64,000 nt of DNA from an uncultured Methanosarcinales archaeon (GCA_964406185.1 CAYOQS010000004.1:72616-136615), one strand, 5' to 3'; positions 7,599-18,288 are shown, counted from the first letter of the stretch. The notes: generated by a model not told the origin, from the letters alone. Numbers and translations are program-made.

Positions 7599-9398
7599 AT
7601 GGGAAGGAAAGATAGGCAGGCCTGCGGGCCTGATATAAGAAGCCCTGTCTGTTCTGTGATAGGGCATGTGGATCATGGGAAGTCCAGCATACTGGACAGT
7701 ATAAGAGGCAGCAGGATAATATCCAAGGAGGCAGGGGGCATAACTCAGGCCATCGGCGCGAGCATAATACCTCTTGATGTCATCCAGAAGAAGGCAGGGG
7801 ATCTGCTCAAGTCGCTAAATATGGACTTCACGATTCCAGGTCTTCTTTTCATAGACACTCCTGGCCACGCGGCGTTCACGAGCCTGAGGAAGAGGGGCGG
7901 CAACCTTGCGGACATCGCGATCCTGGTGGTGGATATAAATGACGGTTTCAAGCCGCAGACGGTTGAGTGTATCGAGATTTTGAAGAACTATAAGACTCCT
8001 TTTGTCATCGCGGCGAACAAGATCGACATGATCGCAGGCTGGAAGGAGAAGGATGGATCTCTTCTCAAGGGGGTCTCTGAGCAGGAAGCTGCTGTGAAGG
8101 CTGCCCTGGACAATGGCATTTACGAGATCGTGGGCAAGCTGCACGAGTTCGGATTCCCGAGCGAACGGTTCGACAGGGTTTCTGATTTCACTAAGGAGAT
8201 CGCGATCGTACCTGTCTCTGCAGTCACGGGTGAGGGCATTCCTGAGCTGCTCATGATAGTGACGGGTCTTGCGCAGAAGTTTCTAGAGAACTGCCTTAAG
8301 TGTGACGTGGCAGGCCCTGCAAAGGGGACTATCCTTGAGGTCAAGGAGGAGAAAGGTCTCGGCACGACGGTGGATGTGATAATATATGACGGTACCATCA
8401 GGGTGAATGACACTATAGTCATAGGAGGTGTTGACACGCCGCTGGTGACAAAAGTCCGTGCCCTGCTGCAGCCGATGCCGCTGGCCGAGATGCGGGACAA
8501 GAAGGCGAAGTTCCGCGGTGTGAAGCAGGCAGCTGCCGCTACCGGTGTGAAGATTTCAGCTCCTGATTTTGAGGGTGTTATCGCAGGCATGCCCATCCGT
8601 GTGGCGACTCAGGATACTCTCGAGCAGGTAAAGGAGGATGTGCAGAAGGAGATAGAAGAGGTTATCGTAGAGACGGACAGGGAAGGTATCATCGTCAAGG
8701 CTGACACTATCGGTTCTCTTGAGGCGATAGTCGGCATGCTGAAGGTGAAGGGCCATACTATCCGCAAGGCATTGGTAGGTGAGATATCCAAGAAGGATGT
8801 GATGGATGCTGAGTCCAGCATTGAGAGGAATCCTCTTAACGCGGCTATTCTCGCGTTCAATATCGGCCTGAGCGAGGAGGTCGCGCAGTTCGCGAAGGAA
8901 AAGCATGTGCGTATAATACGCAGCGAGATAATATATGAGCTGATAGACAGTTTCCAGAAGTGGATCGAGGAGGAGGAGAAGCGTCTTGAGGCGAAAGAGC
9001 TGGAGGGTCTTGTGAAGCCCTGTAAGATGAGGATAATGCCTAACTACGTTTTCAGGCAGTCTAATCCCGCGATCGTCGGCGTTGATGTTCTGGTCGGCAG
9101 CATCAGCGTCGGGACTCCGATAATGAAGGACGGCAGGGACATCTCGTCTGTGAAGTCGATCCAGCACGAGAAAGATTCGCTTTCTAAGGTCGGGGCAGGC
9201 AAGCAGGTTGCTGTCTCCCTTCCGAACGTAACTGTCGGGAGGCAGATAAGTGAGAATGATATGCTTTATTCGGGTATCCCTGAGCCTGACTTCCGCAAGC
9301 TGAAGACCCTGAAGAAGTACCTGAAGAATGATGAGGTCTCTGTCATGAAAGAGATCGCTGAGATGAAGAGGAAAAAGAACCCGTTGTGGGGTCTTTGA
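7599..9398 (+). CDS. infB: Translation initiation factor aIF5B (IF2 family GTPase)
   Basis: G1 motif GHVDHGKSS, G3 motif DTPGH, NKID. Length about 600 aa. The track start at 7593 is a TTG; the ATG is at 7599. Confidence 0.93.
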   Translation: MGRKDRQACGPDIRSPVCSVIGHVDHGKSSILDSIRGSRIISKEAGGITQAIGASIIPLDVIQKKAGDLLKSLNMDFTIPGLLFIDTPGHAAFTSLRKRGGNLADIAILVVDINDGFKPQTVECIEILKNYKTPFVIAANKIDMIAGWKEKDGSLLKGVSEQEAAVKAALDNGIYEIVGKLHEFGFPSERFDRVSDFTKEIAIVPVSAVTGEGIPELLMIVTGLAQKFLENCLKCDVAGPAKGTILEVKEEKGLGTTVDVIIYDGTIRVNDTIVIGGVDTPLVTKVRALLQPMPLAEMRDKKAKFRGVKQAAAATGVKISAPDFEGVIAGMPIRVATQDTLEQVKEDVQKEIEEVIVETDREGIIVKADTIGSLEAIVGMLKVKGHTIRKALVGEISKKDVMDAESSIERNPLNAAILAFNIGLSEEVAQFAKEKHVRIIRSEIIYELIDSFQKWIEEEEKRLEAKELEGLVKPCKMRIMPNYVFRQSNPAIVGVDVLVGSISVGTPIMKDGRDISSVKSIQHEKDSLSKVGAGKQVAVSLPNVTVGRQISENDMLYSGIPEPDFRKLKTLKKYLKNDEVSVMKEIAEMKRKKNPLWGL

Positions 9399-9439
9399 TA
9401 TGGTTCTTTGATATGGTCATTTGATATGGTCATTTGATC
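9394..9439. repeat. 13-bp tandem repeat TTTGATATGGTCA, about 3.5 copies
   Basis: tttgatatggttc tttgatatggtca tttgatatggtca tttgatc. The infB stop codon (9396-9398) lies inside copy 1. Confidence 0.9.
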
Positions 9440-9604
9440 GTTTCTGAAGCTCTATACAATCTTAATATACGATCTTAATACGCCTGTAAAGCATCTCCAG
9501 CATCAAAACCTTTTTATATGCGTCGGGTTTAACTGTTTTTAAGGGGGAGCCGTATTTTTGGAGTTGTTTAAAGTTTCACACATCAGTGTGGGGGTGTATA
9601 GACC

Positions 9605-10351
9605 GTGAAAGAAAGATATGTTTTGGTGGCCTGTCTGGCTGTTGTTCTTATGTTTGTATTCGGGTGTGCCTCTCCGCAGGCTGCGCCCGAGGAAAGGCCT
9701 TCGCCTGCTCCTGAACCTGAAGAGCCTGTGGTTTCAGAGCCTGCAGAAGCTGCTCCTGAACCCGAGCCTGAGCCTGAGCCCGAACCTCAGAGGCAGATGA
9801 CAAGCAAGATGCAGGAGCTCCTGCAGAAGCATGTCGGCAGGCTTGATAGCCTGAGGTACATGTACCAGGACCAGACGATCCATCCTGAGGAGTGGGAGAC
9901 CTGGGTGGAGGGAGACAAGATGCATGTGAAGCTCAGGGATATGGACAATGTCCGCGGTGATGTTTACGTGGATAACATATATCTTGACCTGTCATCTAAG
10001 ACCGCTGTCGGTTACTGTGAGAGGAAGGTCTACAGGTGCGCTGACCCTAACTCTCCTGTGGAGGTCAACTTCAGGAAGTATTACAGGAAGACGCCTTTCG
10101 AGTGGATAGATGAAGTGGATTACGCAGAAAAGGTTGCTGAAGAGCAGATGCAGCAGAGGACTGTCTGGAAGATCAGGTCTGTCGAGGATGGCAAGACTAC
10201 TGAGATGTGGGTGGATGAGTACTATGGCATCCCTCTTGAGATAGAGGTGACTGAAGGCGGAGCCACGAACAAGTACGTCTTTGAGGATATCGGGTTCAAT
10301 GCTGTGGATGATTCTGACCTTAAGCACAACCTGATAACCACAAGCTACTGA
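9605..10351 (+). CDS. Secreted lipoprotein with a Pro/Glu-repeat linker, function unknown
   Basis: GTG start. Signal peptide plus a lipobox-like VFGC (MKERYVLVACLAVVLMFVFGCASP), then an APEPEPEPEPEPQ linker and a globular domain of about 180 aa. Confidence 0.75.
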   Translation: MKERYVLVACLAVVLMFVFGCASPQAAPEERPSPAPEPEEPVVSEPAEAAPEPEPEPEPEPQRQMTSKMQELLQKHVGRLDSLRYMYQDQTIHPEEWETWVEGDKMHVKLRDMDNVRGDVYVDNIYLDLSSKTAVGYCERKVYRCADPNSPVEVNFRKYYRKTPFEWIDEVDYAEKVAEEQMQQRTVWKIRSVEDGKTTEMWVDEYYGIPLEIEVTEGGATNKYVFEDIGFNAVDDSDLKHNLITTSY

Positions 10352-10406
10352 TTTTTTGTTTTTTTCTTTTTCTTTTTTTTCTTGCCGCTCAGGTCATTTA
10401 TGGTGT

Positions 10407-10925
10407 ATGGATATGAAAAGAGAGATGAAAGGAAAGAAGGGCCCTGCAACACCCAAAAGTTCCCTGCGCATACTGAATACGAGGGAAAAGAAAGAGCTCA
10501 ACCAGAGGATATATGAGCAGTGGGGCTGCACGCTCGATAAGGATATGGTTTTCCTGATGAGCAACAAGGGAAGGCTTTACGTTTGTGACCGGGATGTCGG
10601 TATGTTGGATTTCTCCAGGCTCAGGGTGGACAGCATGGGGCTTTACGTCGCGACTGTGGATGAGAAAGGTGCCCGGCTGAGCATCGAAGGCAGCCAGCTT
10701 CTCGGCTCTCATGCAAGTAAGAATGTGATCGAGATAGATTATAATTGTGTGCGTGACTGGTTCAAGGGACATGACCTGGATGCAGGAAGTAAGGGTATAG
10801 GTTATGCTGAAGGTTTCGTGATTCTCAAGAGCGAAGAAGGTGATTTCCTGGGATGCGGGAAGGTGACTGATAAAGGCATCCTCAACTTTGTCCCTAAGGC
10901 GCGTAGGGTGGCTGAGGATTCTTGA
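10407..10925 (+). CDS. Putative Nip7-like pre-PUA/PUA RNA-binding protein
   Basis: The N-terminal LRILNTREKKELNQRIYEQWG and the C-terminal GFVILKSEEGDFLGCGKV...ILNFVPKARRV resemble archaeal Nip7 or PUA-type proteins. The family call is tentative. The start was moved to the internal ATG because the track N-terminus lies in a T-rich tract. Confidence 0.45.
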   Translation: MDMKREMKGKKGPATPKSSLRILNTREKKELNQRIYEQWGCTLDKDMVFLMSNKGRLYVCDRDVGMLDFSRLRVDSMGLYVATVDEKGARLSIEGSQLLGSHASKNVIEIDYNCVRDWFKGHDLDAGSKGIGYAEGFVILKSEEGDFLGCGKVTDKGILNFVPKARRVAEDS

Positions 10926-10928
10926 TTC

Positions 10929-12149
10929 TTACACGCCGAACATGTGGTGCCTCAGCACTGTCATCGCGAGGAACAGCTTGTGGTCTACCAGCTCTCTCCT
11001 TCCCTTTTCAGGCCCTCGTGCTGCTGTGCCGCTCTCTGCTGTCCGGTGCATGTCGTTTGACCTTATCTGCAGATCGACAGGCATCTTGACTCCTATGAGC
11101 TCTTGGGTGAACCTGTCTGTGGGCAGGCTTACAAGTGTTGCGTGGAGCGACCGGTAATCGTTCTCTTTTGGCTCTGCTATGTAGTCCGCGAATCTTGTTA
11201 TCGGGAACTTCTCCTTGAACCATTCCATTATCTGGTAGCAGGTGTCTGTGTCCGGCGTGATTATCCTCATGCCGAACTTGTCGTATATGCTTCTTCCGTT
11301 GTCCTCGATGAGCCGTTCCACCTGCTCTTTTCCTATCGTCTCTTCAAGCAGGGACATGTTCTCCATGACTGCCTGGATGTGCCTTGACTGTTTGACCCTC
11401 TTGGCTGACAGCCTTGCAGCGACTTTCTCTGCTTCGCTTGCAGGCTCTTTTGTCCTTATCCTTACAGATAGCACTTTGGGCAGTGCCCTGCTCTCGCTGG
11501 CTAGCTGTTCAAGGTACAACGGCGAGTATATGTATTCCCTTGCGCTTGCGTAGACTCCTTCCATCCTCTTTTCGAGGTTCTTGTTGGCGTAGGTTCCGCA
11601 TGTTTCGCAGTGTATCCTTTTCTTAGGTCTTTTGTTGCCCTTCCTGCGTCTGGGCAGCTTGAATGATGTTGTATCCGGGTTGATTATGTGCGCGTCTGTG
11701 AACCTGATGTGCTCTGTGTATGACTCGTCTTTGTTGTCGTATGCGAACATGCCTGATGCCTTGTACTCTCCGCAGAGCTTGCAGTAGAGCGCGACCTGCC
11801 TTGCGTACATTATCTTGGAAGGGGATTCGTCAGGCATGAAAGTGGCCTTTACGACTCGCTGGAGGAACCGGAGGTTTGCCCATCCGAATTCCATGCTCTG
11901 CCTGTACGCCCGTACGCATGCAGGGTTGGTCAGCTCCTGTATCTCAGAATGGGGCGGCAGGGTATTGTGCTTCCCGACGTAGATCAGCGCGTCTCTCAGC
12001 TTGTCATCTGAGAAGTCGTTGAGCAGGTAGTCTATCTCTCCTGTCTTTACATAGGAGGGGTTTGCTGCCAGCTCTTCATAGTACTTCTGTATTGTCGGAA
12101 GCAGTGCTAGTTGCTTGTTTATCCTCTGTGGCAATCCTACTATCTGCAT
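10929..12149 (-). CDS. RelA/SpoT-homologue (RSH) synthetase-like nucleotidyltransferase with a novel N-terminal Zn-ribbon region
   Basis: The C-terminal ~170 aa carries RSH synthetase motifs: VRIRTKEPASEAEKV, DKFGMRII, DYIAEPKENDYRSLHATLV and VDLQIRSNDMHRTAESG. The N-terminal ~230 aa contains CKLCGEY...CETCGTY and a basic RRRKGNKRPKKR patch. Confidence 0.75.
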   Translation of the reverse strand: MQIVGLPQRINKQLALLPTIQKYYEELAANPSYVKTGEIDYLLNDFSDDKLRDALIYVGKHNTLPPHSEIQELTNPACVRAYRQSMEFGWANLRFLQRVVKATFMPDESPSKIMYARQVALYCKLCGEYKASGMFAYDNKDESYTEHIRFTDAHIINPDTTSFKLPRRRKGNKRPKKRIHCETCGTYANKNLEKRMEGVYASAREYIYSPLYLEQLASESRALPKVLSVRIRTKEPASEAEKVAARLSAKRVKQSRHIQAVMENMSLLEETIGKEQVERLIEDNGRSIYDKFGMRIITPDTDTCYQIMEWFKEKFPITRFADYIAEPKENDYRSLHATLVSLPTDRFTQELIGVKMPVDLQIRSNDMHRTAESGTAARGPEKGRRELVDHKLFLAMTVLRHHMFGV

Positions 12150-12264
12150 ACTTGAACACCTTTATACCCCCTCTACTCCCCAGAATCAGGTGTTTCATAA
12201 AGAAAAAAGGATGTTTATATAGTTTTCGGGCACTTTTTTGGGTGCTTTTTCTTCAGTTCTGGTC

Positions 12265-12738
12265 CTATTCCGCATAGGTCGTGAAGTTCCAGGCGTCATC
12301 TCCTACATAGTGGAGGTTCAGGACTATCTTGCCTGCTTCCATCTCCTGTATCTCTTCTTTTGAGAACAGGCTCTGTCCTATCGCTACGGGCTTCAGGTTT
12401 TTCTCGTCAACTATCGCCACTATGTCACCTTCCTTTACTTCCGCATCGACTCCTGTTATTCCTGGCCGCATCATGTCCGCACCTTTGGCTGCGTAAGGCA
12501 CTGCACCCATGTCTATTATGATGTTCTTGAGGAAGTTGTTCTTGAGCACGAGCCTGAGGGCGGGTATGAGAAGGTCTTCCTTGTAGAAGAATACGAGGTT
12601 GCCGTCCTTGAGTATGTATGTATCTTCTGCGAGGGTCAGGAAGTCGTCTTTTGAGAAGTATTCTTCCAGTCCGTATTTCTCTTTCAGCTCTTTGTTGAGC
12701 CCTTTTATGTCTTTCTTGCTCAGTGTCACCTGTTTCAT
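12265..12738 (-). CDS. PUA-domain RNA-binding protein (MCT-1/Tma20-like)
   Basis: 157 aa. The C-terminal PUA pattern is GADMMRPGITGVD...GDIVAIVDEKNLKPVAIGQSL. Confidence 0.8.
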   Translation of the reverse strand: MKQVTLSKKDIKGLNKELKEKYGLEEYFSKDDFLTLAEDTYILKDGNLVFFYKEDLLIPALRLVLKNNFLKNIIIDMGAVPYAAKGADMMRPGITGVDAEVKEGDIVAIVDEKNLKPVAIGQSLFSKEEIQEMEAGKIVLNLHYVGDDAWNFTTYAE

Positions 12739-12774
12739 ATGTGATCATATCCTTTCAGATTTTTTTTGATTCCT

Positions 12775-13881
12775 TCAGATTTCTTGGAGTATTTCCGGCA
12801 GTCTTTTCATGTCCTCTATGGTGTAGTCTACATAGTCGAACTCTCTTTTTCCCTGGCTTTCTGCCCACGGGCCGTACCTGAACCAGACGGTCTTCATCCC
12901 CAGCTCTTTGGCGAGCACAAGGTCTGCCTGTGGCTTGTCCCCGACCATGACGCACTCTTCGGGTTTCACGTCCAGTTTTTTGAGTATGATGTCGTAGAAT
13001 CTCCTGTTAGGCTTGTTTATCCCGACTTCATCGCTCACCACTATCGTGTCTATGTATGGTCTGAGCCCGCTTTGGTCTATACGCTGCTTCTTAGGCAGCA
13101 TGTCTCCGTCCGAGTCGGTCATGACACCTATCCTGTATTCTTTCTTGAGTTCTATGAGCACTTCTTTGGCTCCGGGCATCGGCCTGGCTTTCTCGAGGAC
13201 GTTTTCCCAGTATATCATGGTGAGCTCGTCTATCTCTTTCTCGTCTGCCTCGATGCCGACCTCATCGAAATATTCCCTGAACCACCTGTGGCGGTCGTAC
13301 ATGCTTGGTTTTGAGCCTTTGCCTTTGTCGCTGTATCTGAGGTCTATATCCTCCAGGAGTTTTATAGTGGTAGGTCCATAAATGCCGTGGCGTTCAGACA
13401 TCAGCTGGGCTATCTTATGGTGTGCGTTTTCTATGCCTGGTTTCATGTCGCCCAGGGTGTTGTCGAAGTCAAACAGCACTGCCTTGACCTGCGGCTCTAT
13501 GGTGACTGTAACCTTCTGACCTGGCTCCCTGAGCTTCCTGACCAGCTGCCTGTTGATGTGCGCGGCGGCTTTTTCTGCCCTGAAACCGAATGTCCTGTCA
13601 GAGCTGAACTCTGACATCCTGAGCACCACCTCCCTGTCAGAGCTGAACTTCTTGTTGGCCTGGAATGGTATATCTTCTGACATTCCTCCTGCTTCGATAC
13701 GCATGTTCAGTCTCGTGTGGTTCTTGACAAGTCTTTTCAGTTCTTCAGGTGAGAAGTCCGCTGCCACTGCGACGATGCAGTCTCCGTCAGGGCTCAGTTC
13801 ATCGTCCTTGGTGAACTCGAGTGTCCTCTTGTGGCTTGCGAGTATGTTCCGGTGGCCTTTTGCTGTGAATGTGTATGCCAT
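12775..13881 (-). CDS. DUF371-domain / HAD-superfamily phosphatase fusion protein
   Basis: The N-terminus FTAKGHRNILASHKRTLEFTKDDELSPDGDCIVAVAAD matches the DUF371 pattern. The C-terminal half has HAD motif I (LFDFDNTL), motif II (GVMTDSD) and motif IV (MVGDKPQADL). Confidence 0.8.
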   Translation of the reverse strand: MAYTFTAKGHRNILASHKRTLEFTKDDELSPDGDCIVAVAADFSPEELKRLVKNHTRLNMRIEAGGMSEDIPFQANKKFSSDREVVLRMSEFSSDRTFGFRAEKAAAHINRQLVRKLREPGQKVTVTIEPQVKAVLFDFDNTLGDMKPGIENAHHKIAQLMSERHGIYGPTTIKLLEDIDLRYSDKGKGSKPSMYDRHRWFREYFDEVGIEADEKEIDELTMIYWENVLEKARPMPGAKEVLIELKKEYRIGVMTDSDGDMLPKKQRIDQSGLRPYIDTIVVSDEVGINKPNRRFYDIILKKLDVKPEECVMVGDKPQADLVLAKELGMKTVWFRYGPWAESQGKREFDYVDYTIEDMKRLPEILQEI

Positions 13882-14230
13882 GATTGAGGATAGAGGAGAA
13901 GCATATATAAAATTAATGTGAGAACATGAAGCTGCAACACATTTTTGTCATATGATGTTTCCATCGACATATGATTTTGAGAAAAAATTTCACAATGCTG
14001 CTATATGACTATTACCTGCCTGCCTGCTGGCCTGCTCTGTCTGGGAAACCATGTTTCAACACTTGATGCTGCCCATATCACGGCGAGTACTGCTATCATC
14101 TCTAAGAACATACCACCACCTTCATCTTTTCCTGCAGCCTTGATGATATCGATAGGTGCCTGCAGATATGGATATTATGTCTTGACATAACTTAAAAGTT
14201 GAGTTGTGTTTTTTTAGAAAACACAGAAAA

Positions 14231-14240
14231 ATTTATAAAG
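14231..14240 (+). promoter_or_regulatory. TATA box for the Lrp/AsnC gene
   Basis: ATTTATAAAG is centred about 30 nt upstream of the ATG at 14265. It is directly preceded by the hairpin TGTGTTTT-tttag-AAAACACA (14206-14226). Confidence 0.45.
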
Positions 14241-14264
14241 GCATAAGTGTTTAGTAAAAAGACT

Positions 14265-15338
14265 ATGGTGGGTGAATCCAAGGAGATATCTTCTGGGAAT
14301 GCTGAGGGGCCTGTGAAGGCTAAATCGCCTGTAGTGAAATCGCCTGTCAAGATAGACAACAAGGACAAGGAGATACTCAGGCTCCTGAACAAGGATGCAA
14401 GGCTGACTTCGAAATCCATCGGCTCTTCTACCAACATATCTAGGGAAGTGGCTGACTATCGCATCAAGAGGCTGATGAAGAACAGGCTGATATCGAGATA
14501 TATTACGATAGTTAGTGACAGGAAACTCGGTTACGAGGCATATGTCCTTCTCCTGAAGCTCCAGAACTATACTTGTGATGATGAGAAGAGGATAATCGGC
14601 TTCCTGGATGAGCATAGCAACACCAAGTGGGTGCTGAAGTGCAGCGGGGACTGGGATATCCAGACCACGCTCGTAGCCAAGAACAAGTTCCAGCTGGCCA
14701 ATGTTATAGATGAGATAGATAATTTCTGCGGCAAGAACCTGCGCCAGTACGATCTTGCCATCGTGATCAACCTTCTTGTCGCTGAGAACCTCAGCTTCAT
14801 GCTCTCCAAGCCCAGCCGGAAGTTTAATCCGAAGGAGCTGCCGCCGATAGAGAAGAATGAGTCTTTCGAGACTGCTGATATCGACGATAAGGACCGTAAG
14901 CTTCTTCGCGCCCTTGCCACCGACGCCAGAGCGCCGATAGTCAAGATCGCCCAGCAGATCGGCCTGTCTGCCGATGCCACCAATCTCCGTATGAAGAAGC
15001 TGAAGAAGAACGGCGTGATAAAGAAGTTCCAGACAGTGGTGGACCTTTCCACCCTGAACTACCTGCTCTATTCGGTTTTCCTTAAGATCAATAATTACAG
15101 CCCCCAGAGGGAGAGCCAGGTAAGGACTTTTTTCTATTCCCTTCCTAACATAACTTTCGCTGAGAGGATAATAGGAAACTGGGACGTGAGGATCCAGATA
15201 TCCTGCGCGACCCCTCAGGAGTTTGAGGAGATTCTCCAGCAGATCAGGGAGTTCCTTGGAGCCGACCTGAAGTACTACAATTTCGCGCTGATGCTCAAGG
15301 AGTCAAAGAGAGTGTCATATACCAAAGGGATGAAGTGA
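14265..15338 (+). CDS. Tandem (duplicated) Lrp/AsnC-family transcriptional regulator
   Basis: Two HTH_AsnC segments, DKEILRLLNKDARLTSKSIGSSTNISREVADYRIKRLMKN and DRKLLRALATDARAPIVKIAQQIGLSADATNLRMKKLKKNGVI, each followed by a RAM-like domain. The ATG at 14265 is preferred over the GTG at 14247. Confidence 0.8.
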   Translation: MVGESKEISSGNAEGPVKAKSPVVKSPVKIDNKDKEILRLLNKDARLTSKSIGSSTNISREVADYRIKRLMKNRLISRYITIVSDRKLGYEAYVLLLKLQNYTCDDEKRIIGFLDEHSNTKWVLKCSGDWDIQTTLVAKNKFQLANVIDEIDNFCGKNLRQYDLAIVINLLVAENLSFMLSKPSRKFNPKELPPIEKNESFETADIDDKDRKLLRALATDARAPIVKIAQQIGLSADATNLRMKKLKKNGVIKKFQTVVDLSTLNYLLYSVFLKINNYSPQRESQVRTFFYSLPNITFAERIIGNWDVRIQISCATPQEFEEILQQIREFLGADLKYYNFALMLKESKRVSYTKGMK

Positions 15339-15417
15339 AGCGTCCCGATAGGGCTGGGCCGCTGAGGCGGGAAATGCTTGATTGCGGCCCTGATGGTTCA
15401 AAAAAAAGAGGTGTAAA

Positions 15418-17232
15418 ATGTCTGATCATGAGAAGACTGTATTCGAAGCTTCTTGGGAGGTCTGTCACAAGGTGGGCGGTATCTATACCGTGGTGAAGTC
15501 CAAGGCGGCTCTTCTGGAAGAGGCTTATCCTAATTATTTCTTGATCGGCCCTTATTTTGAGGCCAATGCCGAGACTGATTTCGAGGAGGACACTCTTCCC
15601 CATGGTTTCCAGGAGGTTTTTGACGAGCTGAAAGAAGAAGGTATAGTCTGTCGTTTCGGGAGATGGCAGATCAAGGGCGAGCCCAGGACGGTACTGATAG
15701 ACTTTTCCGGTTTCAGGAGCAGGACTGACAGGATCAAGAAGGGCCTGTGGGAGGATTACAGCATAGACTCTCTTGGCGCGGGTGGTGAGTTTGATGAGGC
15801 GGTGGTCTGGGCAGCCGCTGCAGGAAGGTTCATAGAGCTTTTCGTGAAGAAGAAGCAGGAGCGCGGCGAGGCTGAGGGAGGGTTTGTCGCGCATTTTCAT
15901 GAGTGGCTCGCAGGTGCTGGCCTGCTCCACCTGAAGAAGAAGAAGGTCAAGGTCGGCACTGTCTTCACTACGCATGCTACCACTCTGGGCAGGACCCTCG
16001 CGGCCATGGGCAGGAACCTTTACCAGGAGATAGAGAGCATCAAGGCTGATGATGAAGCTAAGTCTTTGGGTGTCCAGGCGAAACACCTGACTGAGAAGGT
16101 CTGTGCAAAAGAGACTGATGTGTTCACCACGGTCTCCGAGATAACAGGGATAGAGGCTGAGCATCTGCTGGGGCGGAAGCCTGAGGTCCTTGTCCTGAAC
16201 GGTCTTGATATCGAGAAGATGCCTACGTACGAGGACGCAGCATATAAGCACAGGATCAACAGGGAGAAGGTGCATAATTTCCTGAGGTATTACTTCCTTC
16301 CATATTATTATTTTGACATCGAGGACACCCTGCTGCTTTTCATCGTGGGGAGGTATGAGTTCAAGAATAAGGGCATAGACCTTGTCATCGACGCTCTTGC
16401 AAAGCTGAACGATAAGCTGAAGGAGGAGGGTTCGAAGAGGACGGTGATATGCTTCTTCTGGATCCCGCGTGACGTGCACGGTGTTAGGAATGATATCTCC
16501 ATCAACAAGTCTGCGTACAGCACGCTGCATGGTTTTGTGGAGGATCACCTGCCGCACATCAAGGAGATGATCGTGACCAACATAATCAAGAGCGGTGTGG
16601 CAAAGCCTGATGTTGATTCGATAGGGTGCGATATCTTTGATGATGAGTTCAAGAGCAACATCAAGAGGCTTGAGGTAAACTTCGCGAAGAAAGGCAACCC
16701 TCCTATGTCGACCCATAACATACCTTATGAGAATGACGACCCGATAATACAGAATCTGTTGGGCAAGGGGCTTGACAACAAGGAGGACGACCCTGTAAAG
16801 GCCATATTCTATCCTATCTATCTCACAGGTGTGGACGGCCTCACGGACCTCTCATATTATGATGCGATGAACGCCTGCCATTTCGGGCTTTTCCCTTCGT
16901 ACTACGAACCGTGGGGTTATACTCCTTTGGAGTGCGCGTCGCTTGCAGTGCCCTCGCTGACCAGTGACCTCGGCGGTTTCGGCAGGTTCCTTGTGCAGAA
17001 GACGACAGGAACTTCAGGCATCTACGTGCTGAAGCGTTTCAAGAGGGACAGGGCTGAAGTGGTTGACGAGTTCGCTGATATCCTGTACAGGTTCTCCAAG
17101 TTCAACGCCAAGGAAAGGGTGCAGCAGAAGATACTGGCGAAGGAGATGGCTAATTATGCTGACTGGAAAGAGCTGATAAAGAATTATTTTGAGGCGCATG
17201 ACCTGGCCCTGAAGAAGGTGTCTGGAGGGTAA
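15418..17232 (+). CDS. Glycogen synthase, GT3 (eukaryote-type) family, copy 1
   Basis: SWEVCHKVGGIYTVVKSKA, HFHEWLAGAG, FTTHATTLGR, FTTVSEITGIEAEHLL, GRYEFKNKG and FPSYYEPWGYTPLE are near-identical to motifs I recall from yeast and animal glycogen synthase. Confidence 0.9.
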   Translation: MSDHEKTVFEASWEVCHKVGGIYTVVKSKAALLEEAYPNYFLIGPYFEANAETDFEEDTLPHGFQEVFDELKEEGIVCRFGRWQIKGEPRTVLIDFSGFRSRTDRIKKGLWEDYSIDSLGAGGEFDEAVVWAAAAGRFIELFVKKKQERGEAEGGFVAHFHEWLAGAGLLHLKKKKVKVGTVFTTHATTLGRTLAAMGRNLYQEIESIKADDEAKSLGVQAKHLTEKVCAKETDVFTTVSEITGIEAEHLLGRKPEVLVLNGLDIEKMPTYEDAAYKHRINREKVHNFLRYYFLPYYYFDIEDTLLLFIVGRYEFKNKGIDLVIDALAKLNDKLKEEGSKRTVICFFWIPRDVHGVRNDISINKSAYSTLHGFVEDHLPHIKEMIVTNIIKSGVAKPDVDSIGCDIFDDEFKSNIKRLEVNFAKKGNPPMSTHNIPYENDDPIIQNLLGKGLDNKEDDPVKAIFYPIYLTGVDGLTDLSYYDAMNACHFGLFPSYYEPWGYTPLECASLAVPSLTSDLGGFGRFLVQKTTGTSGIYVLKRFKRDRAEVVDEFADILYRFSKFNAKERVQQKILAKEMANYADWKELIKNYFEAHDLALKKVSGG

Positions 17233-17238
17233 GGTTGA

Positions 17239-18279
<1,041 letters not shown>

Positions 18280-18288
18280 ATCACGAAC

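Noticed and set aside
13990-14190. Track ORF 14005..14190 (+), and a ~38-codon hydrophobic minus-strand ORF (MFLEMIAVLAVIWAASSVETWF...), in the 365-nt spacer upstream of the Lrp gene.
   Set aside because: There is no recognisable family, promoter or RBS support, and the ORFs are very short. The evidence is not enough to call a gene.
15295-16716. Long antisense ORF (473 aa) opposite the GT3 glycogen synthase. Similar long antisense ORFs lie at 17014..18144, 20583..21860, 22683..23450, 43737..44903, 44803..45453, 46839..47507 and 49892..50836.
   Set aside because: Each lies fully inside a confidently identified gene on the other strand. The products are Arg/Leu/His/Pro-rich and carry no recognisable motifs. 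This is typical of shadow ORFs produced by codon bias.
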